64,000 nt of DNA from positions 327,961-391,960 of the forward strand of contig JAKQUI010000005.1 of NCBI GenBank assembly GCA_029562645.1, in the 5' to 3' direction. A model generated the notes under the pieces. It did not search any database. It had not been told where the DNA came from and saw only the letters and a program-made list of their open reading frames with translations. The position numbers were made by a program, and so were the translations under genes. The DNA comes from Spirochaetota bacterium (GTDB lineage Bacteria; Spirochaetota; UBA4802; JAKQUI01). Below, piece after piece: positions 10,140 to 18,676 of this stretch (position 1 is the stretch's first letter; every line of letters begins with the position of its first letter).

Positions 10140-11885
10140 TTACGCGCGCGCCGACCGGCGCCGTTCCAGCAGAAAACGTATCACCAAGACGACAACGCCG
10201 ATGGCGAGCAAAATCAGCATGATATCGCCCGCCGTGAGGGCGATGTTCCCCGACGGGATATAGCTGAACACCAGCAGGTAGATGAGCGCTGCGATGGTGG
10301 TCGCGAACATGAAAATCCCCGGGATGAACGCGAACATATACCTCTTGCCGCGTTGGAGGAGCCACATGGACACCGTGATGAGCGTGAGCGCCGCCAGGAG
10401 CTGGTTCGCGGAGCCGAAGAGTTTCCACAGCGCTCCAAAGGCGTTGAAGTAGGCGAGCAGGAACATGAGCGCCACGCAGAGCAGCGAATTGAACAGATAG
10501 GTGTTCAGAAGTTTCGGGACGCGCGGGAAAATGGCGCGCCAGAGCTCCTCGAGGAGATAGCGGTTGAGGCGAACGCCCGTATCGAGCGTCGTAACGACGA
10601 AGCCTTCCACCATCAGGATGCCGAAGATGGTGCCGATGATCTTCGGCATGCCGAAGGCGCTGTTTAGCATTCCGCCCAGGCCCAGCGCGAAGGCGAGGAT
10701 CGGGTTCGACTTCGTCGGATCGGCGGGATGGACGATGCCCACGAACTCATCGAATTTAAGGCCGTAGCCCACGGCGATGACCACGCCCATCGCGAGCAGC
10801 CCCTCGAGCACCATGCCGCCATAGCCCACATAGCGCGCATCGGGCCGCTCGTTCTCGAGCTGCTTGGAGCTGGTGCCGCCGGCGACGAGCGCGTGGAAAC
10901 CGCTGATCGCGCCGCAAGCGACGGTGATGAACAGCAGCGGCCAGACCCAGCCCACCTCGCTCATCGCGGCCGCGGCAGCGATGTTGTTCGCCGGCGCGGC
11001 GATCGTGCCGCCGGAGATCCCGATGACGACCGTCGCCGCGATCATCAACACGACGCCGCCGTACAGAAGGAACGAGTTGGTGAAATCGCGCGGCTGGAGG
11101 ACCAGCCAGACCGGGATGCCCGCGGCGAATATCGTATAAATGGATAGAATGATCTGCCACACGAAGGGGTTGATGGAGATCGGGTGCAAAAAGCCGACCA
11201 GCACGGAGACGACGCACACGGTAATGGCGATCACCGATCCCAGGAGCACGCTGATGCCCCGCTTGTAGAGCAGGTAGCCCAGGAGCGGCGCGCAGCAGCT
11301 AATCACGATGACCGAGGTGGACGCGATCCCGCCGATCACCGCATGCGGAACGCCGTTCACATCGACCGTGCGAACGCCCTGCGCCAGGTCGCTCGGGAAA
11401 TGGCTCATGGGGTACATCGACGAGAGCGCCTTTGCCGTGGCGGTGAGAAAGACCGAGGTGACCATGAGAAGCATGATGACCGTGAAGCCGATGAACAGCA
11501 TGAATCCGGTGCGTCCCAGCGTTTTTTCCGCGATCTCGGCCATGGAGCGGCCATTTTCGCGGACGGAGGCCAGGAGCGCGGTGAAGTCGTGCACGGCGCC
11601 GATGAGGAAGGTGCCCACGACGATCCAGAGCCATACCGGCAGGTAGCCGAAGATGAGCGCGAAGGTGGGGCCCAGAATGGGGCCGCCGCCGGCGATTGAC
11701 GCGAAGTGATGGCCGAAGAGCACGAACTTCTTGGTGGGAACGAAGTCGATGTCGTCGCGCTGCTCGTGTGCGGGCGTGGCGTGCGAGCCGTCCACATCGA
11801 AGACCTTCTCGATGAAGCGGCCGTAAAAGCGATATCCGATAAAAAAGACGGCGACGGTGATGACGAGTATAAGCAATACGTTCAT
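10140..11885 (-). CDS. cstA: Carbon starvation protein CstA (peptide/pyruvate transporter family)
   Basis: MNVLLILVITVAVFFIGYRFYGRFIEKVF...FGHHFASIAGGGPILGPTFALIFGYLP matches the CstA N-terminus. It is a polytopic protein. Confidence 0.9.
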   Translation of the reverse strand: MNVLLILVITVAVFFIGYRFYGRFIEKVFDVDGSHATPAHEQRDDIDFVPTKKFVLFGHHFASIAGGGPILGPTFALIFGYLPVWLWIVVGTFLIGAVHDFTALLASVRENGRSMAEIAEKTLGRTGFMLFIGFTVIMLLMVTSVFLTATAKALSSMYPMSHFPSDLAQGVRTVDVNGVPHAVIGGIASTSVIVISCCAPLLGYLLYKRGISVLLGSVIAITVCVVSVLVGFLHPISINPFVWQIILSIYTIFAAGIPVWLVLQPRDFTNSFLLYGGVVLMIAATVVIGISGGTIAAPANNIAAAAAMSEVGWVWPLLFITVACGAISGFHALVAGGTSSKQLENERPDARYVGYGGMVLEGLLAMGVVIAVGYGLKFDEFVGIVHPADPTKSNPILAFALGLGGMLNSAFGMPKIIGTIFGILMVEGFVVTTLDTGVRLNRYLLEELWRAIFPRVPKLLNTYLFNSLLCVALMFLLAYFNAFGALWKLFGSANQLLAALTLITVSMWLLQRGKRYMFAFIPGIFMFATTIAALIYLLVFSYIPSGNIALTAGDIMLILLAIGVVVLVIRFLLERRRSARA

Positions 11886-12238
11886 GGATGCTCCTCCGGG
11901 CGTGGCGTGTACGACATGCTGCGTTCGTCGTCATTACGGGGAGCCTGTGCGAAGAGGCGACCGTCCGCCACCCCCGAGTGCCGGGAGGAACATGTTTCCT
12001 GGACCGCGCCGGACCCCGGATGCCGGGTCGGGCGGTCGCTGCAGGTCCACATGCTTCGTGCGCAATGACCGTAATGCACCGGCGCGGTTTTCGCGCGGAT
12101 GCGGTACGTCAATGCCGGTATCATGCGATGCGCCGCGGCGCTGTCAAGGAAAAATATACCCACTCCGTCCTGCGGACACCACCCGCGTCGCAAGGGGAAG
12201 GCGAGAGGGAAGAAGTAATCGGTATTTCCTAGGGCACT

Positions 12239-12261
12239 CCTCCCCCTAACGAAGGGGGAGG
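12239..12261. other. C-run/G-run hairpin (CCTCCCCC-taacgaa-GGGGGAGG) 12 nt downstream of the rRNA methyltransferase stop
   Basis: 8-bp perfect stem. Similar in flavour to the hairpin at 39971-39994. Confidence 0.3.
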
Positions 12262-12272
12262 CCGGGAGGGGG

Positions 12273-13415
12273 TCAGCGCCGGTCGAGGACGGCCAGCGTC
12301 TCGATGTGCGGGGTCTGCGGGAACATGTCATAGGCCTCGAATGACGTGAGGCGATATCCGTCGAGGCGCAGGAGGTCGTCCTTGAACGATTCCGGGTTGC
12401 ACGACATGTACACGATCCGCTCGGGGGCGAGCGCAGCGATGCGCTTGACGGCCGCGGGGTGCATGCCGGCGCGGGGCGGATCGAGCACGAGCGTGGTGCA
12501 GCGCCCCGTAAAGGTTGCGAGAAAATCGGCCGCATCGCCGTGGACGAAGGAGGCGTTGGCGATCCCGTTTTGTACGGCATTGGCGCGAGCGGCAGTGACC
12601 GCCTCCTCCACGATCTCCACGCCGGTCACGGTCTCGCAGGCGCCGGCGATGAAGAGGGTGATGCTGCCGATGCCGGCGTACAGGTCGAGCACGTGGCCGC
12701 GCGCATGCTCGCGGATGCGGCGGTACATGCGAAGCGCGATCTCGGAGTTGGACTGGAAGAAGGCGTTGGGCGCAATGGCAAAGCGCAGATCGTCCAGGCG
12801 TTCGTCGATGGCGCCGCCCTTCGCGTGTTCGAGTATCTCCCCGAAGCTCAGGTCGGCCCGTCCCGCGCTCAGGAGTATGGAGATCGACGCCACCCGGTCG
12901 GCCATCGCGGCGATGACCGGATCGAGACGACCGCGGCCGTCGGGCGAGGCCACCACGAAATTGAGCATCACCTCGCCGGTGAAGCGCCCCTGGCGGATCA
13001 CCACGTAGCGGAGATAGCCGGCATGGGCGAGGTAGTCGTAATCCTCGACGCCCGCGAGGAGCTCGCGGACCCGGCGAAAGGCCTCGTCCGCGGCGTCCTG
13101 CTGGATGCGGCACGAGCCGATATCGACGACGTGCTTGAAGCTCCCCGCGCGGCGCAGCCCGATCTTCCCGAAGGCGGTCACGAAGTCCATGCGGTTGCGG
13201 TAGCCGAAGGGATCGGCCGGCTGCACCGGACCGACGTCGATGGCGCCGTCGAAGAGCGCGGCGAGATGGTCGCGCTTGAGCGAAAGCTGGCTCTCGTAGG
13301 GCAGATGTTGGAGCGCGCACCCGCCGCACTCGCCGGCATGGGGGCAGGACGGATCGACGGCGACGTCGGCGTATCGCCTCGCGAGTTCGAGAAAGGCGCG
13401 CTTCTTTTTTTTCAT
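12273..13415 (-). CDS. 23S rRNA (uracil-C5)-methyltransferase, RlmD/RumA family
   Basis: It has an N-terminal Cys cluster (CPHAGECGGCALQH), a TRAM-like region, and a C-terminal class-I SAM methyltransferase fold. Likely start MKKKKRAFLE. Confidence 0.75.
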   Translation of the reverse strand: MKKKKRAFLELARRYADVAVDPSCPHAGECGGCALQHLPYESQLSLKRDHLAALFDGAIDVGPVQPADPFGYRNRMDFVTAFGKIGLRRAGSFKHVVDIGSCRIQQDAADEAFRRVRELLAGVEDYDYLAHAGYLRYVVIRQGRFTGEVMLNFVVASPDGRGRLDPVIAAMADRVASISILLSAGRADLSFGEILEHAKGGAIDERLDDLRFAIAPNAFFQSNSEIALRMYRRIREHARGHVLDLYAGIGSITLFIAGACETVTGVEIVEEAVTAARANAVQNGIANASFVHGDAADFLATFTGRCTTLVLDPPRAGMHPAAVKRIAALAPERIVYMSCNPESFKDDLLRLDGYRLTSFEAYDMFPQTPHIETLAVLDRR

Positions 13416-13570
13416 GATATGCCCAGTGCGGCGACTGATTTTATAGCCTGGAGTTATCGCGCAGCGAAGGATTGCCCGCATGCTGGATCATGCATGGAAA
13501 GATGCGTTCGCCGTAAAGAAAAATAATTGAAATAATATCGAACGGGGGGTCCAATGGATGGCGACCGCCC

Positions 13571-14575
13571 GTGGGCGGGAGTATCGAGGAGCGGAGGTCG
13601 GGCGTGATTATCGTAACCGGCGGGGCGGGATTTATCGGCAGCGCCTTCCTGTGGAAACTCAATGAGCAGGGGATCGACGATGTTCTGGTGGTCGACCGGC
13701 TGGGCACGTCCGACAAGTGGAAAAACCTGGTCCACCGGCGCTGTATCGACTTCATCCACAAGGACGATTTCCCCGGCCTGCTCGACGACGGGAACCGCTA
13801 TTTCAGGGCTAGCGCCATCATTCACATGGGCGCCTGCTCCGCGACCACCGAGCGCGACGCGGATTATCTCTACGCGAACAACTATCGCTACACCCGCACC
13901 CTCGCCGAGTGGTGCCTCAAGCGAAACGTGTTTTTCATGTACGCCTCGAGCGCGGCAACCTACGGCGACGGCGCCCGTGGCTTTTCCGACGACCCGGCCG
14001 GCATGGATGCGCTCACCCCGCTTAACATGTACGCTTTCTCCAAGCAGCTCTTCGACCAGTGGGCGCTGCGCAACCGCGTCCTGGACCGGATGACGGGGAT
14101 CAAGTTCTTCAACGTGTACGGGCCCAACGAGTACCACAAGGCGCACATGGTCAGCATGATCTATCGCGCGTTCCATCAGATCCGCGAGACCGGGCGGGTG
14201 CGGCTGTTCAAGTCGTACCTGCAGCAGTATGCCGACGGCGGGCAGCTCAGGGATTTCGTGTACATCAAGGACTGCGTGGATGTCATGTGGTGGCTGTTCA
14301 ACAACCGGAGCGCGAGCGGCATCTATAATCTCGGGACGGGAACGGCGCGCTCCTGGAACGATCTCGCGGGCGCCATCTTCGCGGCAATGGGGAAGAAAAC
14401 CGACATCGAATACATCGAGATGCCCGAGGAGTTGCGCGACCGGTACCAGTACTTCACCGAGGCCGATATGGCGCGCCTGCGGGCCGCGGGGTGCAATCAT
14501 ACCTTTATGAAAATGGAAGATTCCGTTCGCGATTACGTGGTTAATTACCTTGCACGGGACGTTCGATGTTTGTAG
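13571..14575 (+). CDS. hldD: ADP-L-glycero-D-manno-heptose-6-epimerase
   Basis: IIVTGGAGFIGSAFLWKLNEQGIDDVLVVD...YASSAATYGDG is collinear with HldD/RfaD. Confidence 0.85.
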   Translation: MGGSIEERRSGVIIVTGGAGFIGSAFLWKLNEQGIDDVLVVDRLGTSDKWKNLVHRRCIDFIHKDDFPGLLDDGNRYFRASAIIHMGACSATTERDADYLYANNYRYTRTLAEWCLKRNVFFMYASSAATYGDGARGFSDDPAGMDALTPLNMYAFSKQLFDQWALRNRVLDRMTGIKFFNVYGPNEYHKAHMVSMIYRAFHQIRETGRVRLFKSYLQQYADGGQLRDFVYIKDCVDVMWWLFNNRSASGIYNLGTGTARSWNDLAGAIFAAMGKKTDIEYIEMPEELRDRYQYFTEADMARLRAAGCNHTFMKMEDSVRDYVVNYLARDVRCL

Positions 14576-14578
14576 GCC

Positions 14579-15247
14579 ATGAAGCGTTTTCTGTTTTCGT
14601 ATGTCGGGCCGTATGTGGGCCTGGCGATTCTTAAAAGCCTGACGGCGACCTATCGGATCCGGATCGTCGACGAGGAGAACGAGCAGTCGATTTACCGCCG
14701 CGGGAGCCGCCCGATCTATTGTTCGTGGCACCAGCGATTTTTTCCGGGGATCGCGTTTTTCCCGAAGCGCAACAAGATCGCGATCATGATCAGCCCGAGC
14801 GCGGACGGCGAGCTTATCGCGCGCGTCGTGAAGATCCTGGGCTGGCACCCGTCGCGCGGCTCGTCGTCGCGGCGCGGCAAGGAGGCGCTTATGGAACTCA
14901 GGCGCCTGGCCGCGGAGCGCTATTCCATCGGGCACATCGTGGACGGGCCCAAGGGGCCCTTCGGCGAGGTGAAGCCGGGGCTCATCTCGATGGCGCAGCA
15001 CTCGGGGCTGCCGATCCTTCCCACGATCACCTCGGCCGAGCGCCGCTGGGTGTTCGGGAGCTGGGACCGTTTTATGGTGCCCAAGCCGTTCTCGCGGATC
15101 ATCATCCGTTTCGGGAAGGAGATCCCGGTGCCCAGCGAGATCGGCGACGCGCAGTTCGAGGAGCTGCGGCGGCAGGTGGAGCGGACGCTGCGGGAGCTCT
15201 ACGAGGACACCGACCGGATGTGGGAGCGCGCGCCGCAGGCGTCGTGA
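14579..15247 (+). CDS. DUF374-type lysophospholipid acyltransferase family protein
   Basis: MKRFLFSYVGPYVGLAILKSL...CSWHQRFFPGIAFFPKRNKIAIMISPSADGELIARVV pattern. It sits 3 nt after hldD. Confidence 0.55.
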   Translation: MKRFLFSYVGPYVGLAILKSLTATYRIRIVDEENEQSIYRRGSRPIYCSWHQRFFPGIAFFPKRNKIAIMISPSADGELIARVVKILGWHPSRGSSSRRGKEALMELRRLAAERYSIGHIVDGPKGPFGEVKPGLISMAQHSGLPILPTITSAERRWVFGSWDRFMVPKPFSRIIIRFGKEIPVPSEIGDAQFEELRRQVERTLRELYEDTDRMWERAPQAS

Positions 15248-15322
15248 TCGAACTAACGGTGCGCATGAGTTGAATTGTTGCACGGCACGTACATATAAAA
15301 TCCAAGCGAAAGAGATGATTGT

Positions 15323-15802
15323 ATGAGTACATTGATCAACATCGGCGTAGCGCAGGTGGGCACGGCGTCCTCGCCCGCGGTTTTGCGCACCATCCTCGGA
15401 AGCTGCATCGGGGTGTGCGTGTACGAGCGCATGAAGAAGATGGGCGGCATGGCGCACGTGCTGTTGCCCAGCACGGTGCAGGGCGGCAAGCCGGAAAAGT
15501 ACGCCGATACGGCGATCCCGATGCTCGTCGAGCGGCTGCTCGCGGACGGCTGCAAGAAGGAATTCATGTCGGCAAAGATCGCCGGGGGGGCGTCGATGTT
15601 CACGTTCAACTCCTCCGTGGCGCTGGCGCAGATCGGCGAGCGCAACGCCGAGATGGCCCGCGCGGTGCTCGCGAAATACGGGATCCCCATCGTCATCGAC
15701 GACACCGGGGGCAATGCGGGACGCGTGATCGACTTCTTCCTGGAGGACGGGCGCCTCAAGGTGAAATCGGCCGGCGAGGAAAAGATCTACTACAAGCTGT
15801 AA
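15323..15802 (+). CDS. cheD: Chemoreceptor glutamine deamidase CheD
   Basis: MSTLINIGVAQVGTASSPAVLRTILGSCIGVCVYE... The CheD catalytic Cys is in context. Confidence 0.8.
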   Translation: MSTLINIGVAQVGTASSPAVLRTILGSCIGVCVYERMKKMGGMAHVLLPSTVQGGKPEKYADTAIPMLVERLLADGCKKEFMSAKIAGGASMFTFNSSVALAQIGERNAEMARAVLAKYGIPIVIDDTGGNAGRVIDFFLEDGRLKVKSAGEEKIYYKL

Positions 15803-15829
15803 CGGACATCCGCGCACCGGAGGGAGACA

Positions 15830-16690
15830 ATGAACCCGCAGATAAAGCAGAGAATCGAATCGGTCATCAACAACATCGAGCAGCTGCCCTCGATCCCCGA
15901 GGTGGCCACGCGCATCATCAACATGGTGAACGACCCCGAGGTCTCGTTCAAGGCCATCGCCGACGAGATTTCGAAGGACCAGATGATCACCACCAACATC
16001 CTCAAGCTGTGCAATTCGGCCTACTTCAGCAAGGGCAAGGAGATCTCGTCGGTGGACCGCGCGATCGTGACGCTGGGCCTCAAGGAGGTCAAGGACGCGG
16101 TGATCCTGGCGGCGACGAAGATCGTGCTCAACAAGATCATCATGGGCTACGACCTGGCCAAGGGCGAGCTGTGGCGGCACGGCCTGTACGTAGCGGTCCT
16201 GGCGAAGAAGATCGCGCTCATGAAAGGGAAAAAGGACATTGCCGATGTCGCCTTCACCGGCGGCCTCATCCACGACGTGGGGAAGACGATCCTCGCGCTC
16301 TTCGTGCAGGGCACCTTCAAGGAGATCATGCGGACGGTCGAGGAGAAGAAGATCCCCTTCATCGCCGCCGAGAAGGACATCATGGGTTTCGACCACCAGG
16401 AGATCGGCGAGCGGATCCTGAGCAAGTGGAAGTTTCCGGAGGTCCTCAAGGCCTCGGTGCGCCACCACCATCAGCCCATGAGCGCGCCGGATGAGTTCCG
16501 TACGGTCGTGTCCATCGTCCACGTGGCCAACTCGCTGTGCCTCATGGCCGGGGTCGGCATCGGGAGCGACGGCCTCTATCACGAGCTTGTGCCCGAGGCC
16601 ATCGAGCTCACGAAGCTCGAGCCGGGCGAGCTCGAGATGCTCTTCGCCGGGATCCCGGAGATGGGCGAACAGGCCGAGACGCTCATCTGA
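15830..16690 (+). CDS. HDOD domain signalling protein
   Basis: LPSIPEVATRIINMVNDPEVSFKAIADEISKDQMITTNILKLCNSAYF...GLIHDVGK matches the HDOD fold. Confidence 0.8.
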   Translation: MNPQIKQRIESVINNIEQLPSIPEVATRIINMVNDPEVSFKAIADEISKDQMITTNILKLCNSAYFSKGKEISSVDRAIVTLGLKEVKDAVILAATKIVLNKIIMGYDLAKGELWRHGLYVAVLAKKIALMKGKKDIADVAFTGGLIHDVGKTILALFVQGTFKEIMRTVEEKKIPFIAAEKDIMGFDHQEIGERILSKWKFPEVLKASVRHHHQPMSAPDEFRTVVSIVHVANSLCLMAGVGIGSDGLYHELVPEAIELTKLEPGELEMLFAGIPEMGEQAETLI

Positions 16691-16699
16691 GCCGACGGA

Positions 16700-17088
16700 T
16701 GCATATCGTCAAACGCTGTCCCGCCTGCGGAAAAAACCTCCGCTTTCCCGTCGACAAGGGGAAGATCCGCGTCACCTGCGTGTGCGGCAACGCCTTCACC
16801 GCCGACCCCGATGATCCGCGGCTCTTCGACGGGGCCGCCTTCGACATGGGCGCCCAAAAGAAACCCGCGTCGCGCCCTGCCGCGAGCGTGCGGGTGCGCG
16901 CGCTCGGTGATGCCGTCATTCAGGGGCTCTACTCGTTTACGTACCGCGTGCAGAATTTCAGGCTTCTCCCCACGAGGGAAAAGGCGCAGGTCCTCCTCGT
17001 GGTTGTCAGCGTCGCGGCGCTCGTCGCGGCGGTGCTCATCTACTTCCTGGTGAATCCCGCGCCACGCCCCAATAGTTCGGTGATCTAA
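16700..17088 (+). CDS. Zinc-ribbon (MJ0042-type) membrane protein
   Basis: MHIVKRCPACGKNLRFPVDKGKIRVTCVCGNAF has a CxxC...CxC ribbon. C-terminal TM helix VLLVVVSVAALVAAVLIYFL. The start is the internal Met of ORF 16537-17088. Confidence 0.45.
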
Positions 17089-17090
17089 GC

Positions 17091-18023
17091 GTGCGTCTCA
17101 ACACCACCGACGGTTACTATGCGCGCGAGATCGAATCGCTGGGCTGGGAGCTCACCGTGTGCAACATGCTCGCGCGCCCCGAGAGCCCCTGCCGGGGGGT
17201 GCTGCGCGTCAACGCCTCCTACGGCGCCCTGCTCGCCGATTTCCTCGCGACGCTCGTCCCGCTTGCGTCCTGCTCGTCGGTGCTCGAGGTGGGCGGTGGC
17301 TACGGCGTGTTGATGCGCGATTTCCTCGATCGCGTTCCGCACCTCGCGTGCACCATGCTCGATATCTCCCCGTTTCTGCTGGAACGCCAGCATGAGGCCC
17401 TTCGCGGCCGGTCCGCATCGTTCGTGGCGCGTGATTTTTTTTCCGTTGAGGACGCGTGTCTCGCCGGTTTCGATTGCGCGATTTTAAACGAGATCGTCGG
17501 CGATTTCCCGACGGCCTGCGACATCGATCCGGACGCCCTGTCGAACGGCACCGACGCGGATGATCCGGCCACGGCGCGCGTGCGCCGCATCATGCTGCGC
17601 TATGGCATCGCGCCGCCGGAGGGGGCGCGATTCAATTTCAATCTTGGAGCGGCCGAGGCGGCGGAGCGGCTCTGCGCGGCGGGGGTGCCGTACATCTTCA
17701 TGAGCGAGCACAGCTGCGAGGCGCGCGTGCCGGATGCGCTCGCGGGGCTGGTGTCGATCGCAGCGCCCGGCAACCCCGAGCGCATCCCCCTGAAGGGGCA
17801 CGACGAATACACGATCGCGTTTTCCCATCTCGTCGCGATCGCCGTAGGCCACGGCTATCGCGTTGTGCGCGGTCCGCTCGCCGACATCGTCCCGGTCGAT
17901 TTCGACGGGCGCGTGCGTTTCATCATGTCTTCGAACGCCTCGCGCTCGGACGAGCACGAGATCATCCGCCAGTTCGTCGAGGACCTGTTCAAGTACGAAT
18001 ACGTCGTGTTCGTGAAGGGCTGA
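17091..18023 (+). CDS. Class I SAM-dependent methyltransferase-like protein
   Basis: Motif I is VLEVGGGYG, with an acidic post-I residue (TMLDIS) and motif II FDCAILNEIVGDF. It starts 3 nt after the zinc-ribbon gene. Confidence 0.5.
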   Translation: MRLNTTDGYYAREIESLGWELTVCNMLARPESPCRGVLRVNASYGALLADFLATLVPLASCSSVLEVGGGYGVLMRDFLDRVPHLACTMLDISPFLLERQHEALRGRSASFVARDFFSVEDACLAGFDCAILNEIVGDFPTACDIDPDALSNGTDADDPATARVRRIMLRYGIAPPEGARFNFNLGAAEAAERLCAAGVPYIFMSEHSCEARVPDALAGLVSIAAPGNPERIPLKGHDEYTIAFSHLVAIAVGHGYRVVRGPLADIVPVDFDGRVRFIMSSNASRSDEHEIIRQFVEDLFKYEYVVFVKG

Positions 18024-18506
18024 TCAGTCCCACATCTTCGTCGGGTCTTTGGGCGCGCCGGCGTCCTGCGTCCCGCCTTTCGCTTTTTCGGCGCAGGCGC
18101 GGCAGAGCCCGTCGTCGGAGCAGGACGCGCACGTCAATGCGCCGCAGGTAGTGCAGGGCGCGAAGCGGCTGCGGACCTCATCGAAGGCCTGGCGTCGCGC
18201 CCCGTCCTGTTGCTGCTGCATGTTCTGCGCTTGACGCTGCCCCAGGTGGGTGCTCACGAGACCGCCGAGGACGCTTGCGAGGACGGACCCGATAATGGGT
18301 ATGCGCCAGAGCAGCCTCGACAGTCCCTGCTGCGCGCCGGTCGAGAGGATGTTCTGCAGCGTGCCGCTCGACGCCGCGGCGCCATAACTGTTCTGTGAAA
18401 TCACCTGCGCGCCGCAGGTCGGACAGCTGAAAACGTATTTCGCCTGCGGTCCGCTCCCCTGCGGATATCCCGATTCCATGATTCGATTGAGGGTGTCGCT
18501 CATCAT
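18024..18506 (-). CDS. Hypothetical zinc-ribbon protein
   Basis: FSCPTCGAQV and C-terminal CTTCGALTCASCSDDGLCRAC Cys clusters. The start is at MMSDTLNRIM, and the upstream part of the ORF is spurious. Confidence 0.4.
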   Translation of the reverse strand: MMSDTLNRIMESGYPQGSGPQAKYVFSCPTCGAQVISQNSYGAAASSGTLQNILSTGAQQGLSRLLWRIPIIGSVLASVLGGLVSTHLGQRQAQNMQQQQDGARRQAFDEVRSRFAPCTTCGALTCASCSDDGLCRACAEKAKGGTQDAGAPKDPTKMWD

Positions 18507-18676
18507 TGCCGCTCCGTGTGGATGTCGTGCTGCCGTCTTCCCGTCGATACGTATATCGTTTCCAGCCGGGCGTGTCAAGCCGGAAGGGCGTGATTGATGC
18601 ATGGGGAAAAACGGATTGACCTGAGTCGCACGGCGGGATAGGCTTCGGCATTGCAGCAAAACGGCAGGAGGGACCC

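Noticed and set aside
15248-15322. Possible sigma-54 or FliA promoter upstream of cheD (ttgcacggcacgtacatataaaa)
   Set aside because: The words resemble promoter elements, but the spacing does not fit the TGGCAC-N5-TTGC or TAAA-N15-GCCGATAA consensus.
13454-16582. 1042-aa ORF on the minus strand
   Set aside because: It is antisense to four well-supported plus-strand genes (hldD, acyltransferase, cheD, HDOD). Its translation is low-complexity R/D/H/G/L-rich, typical of GC-driven open frames.
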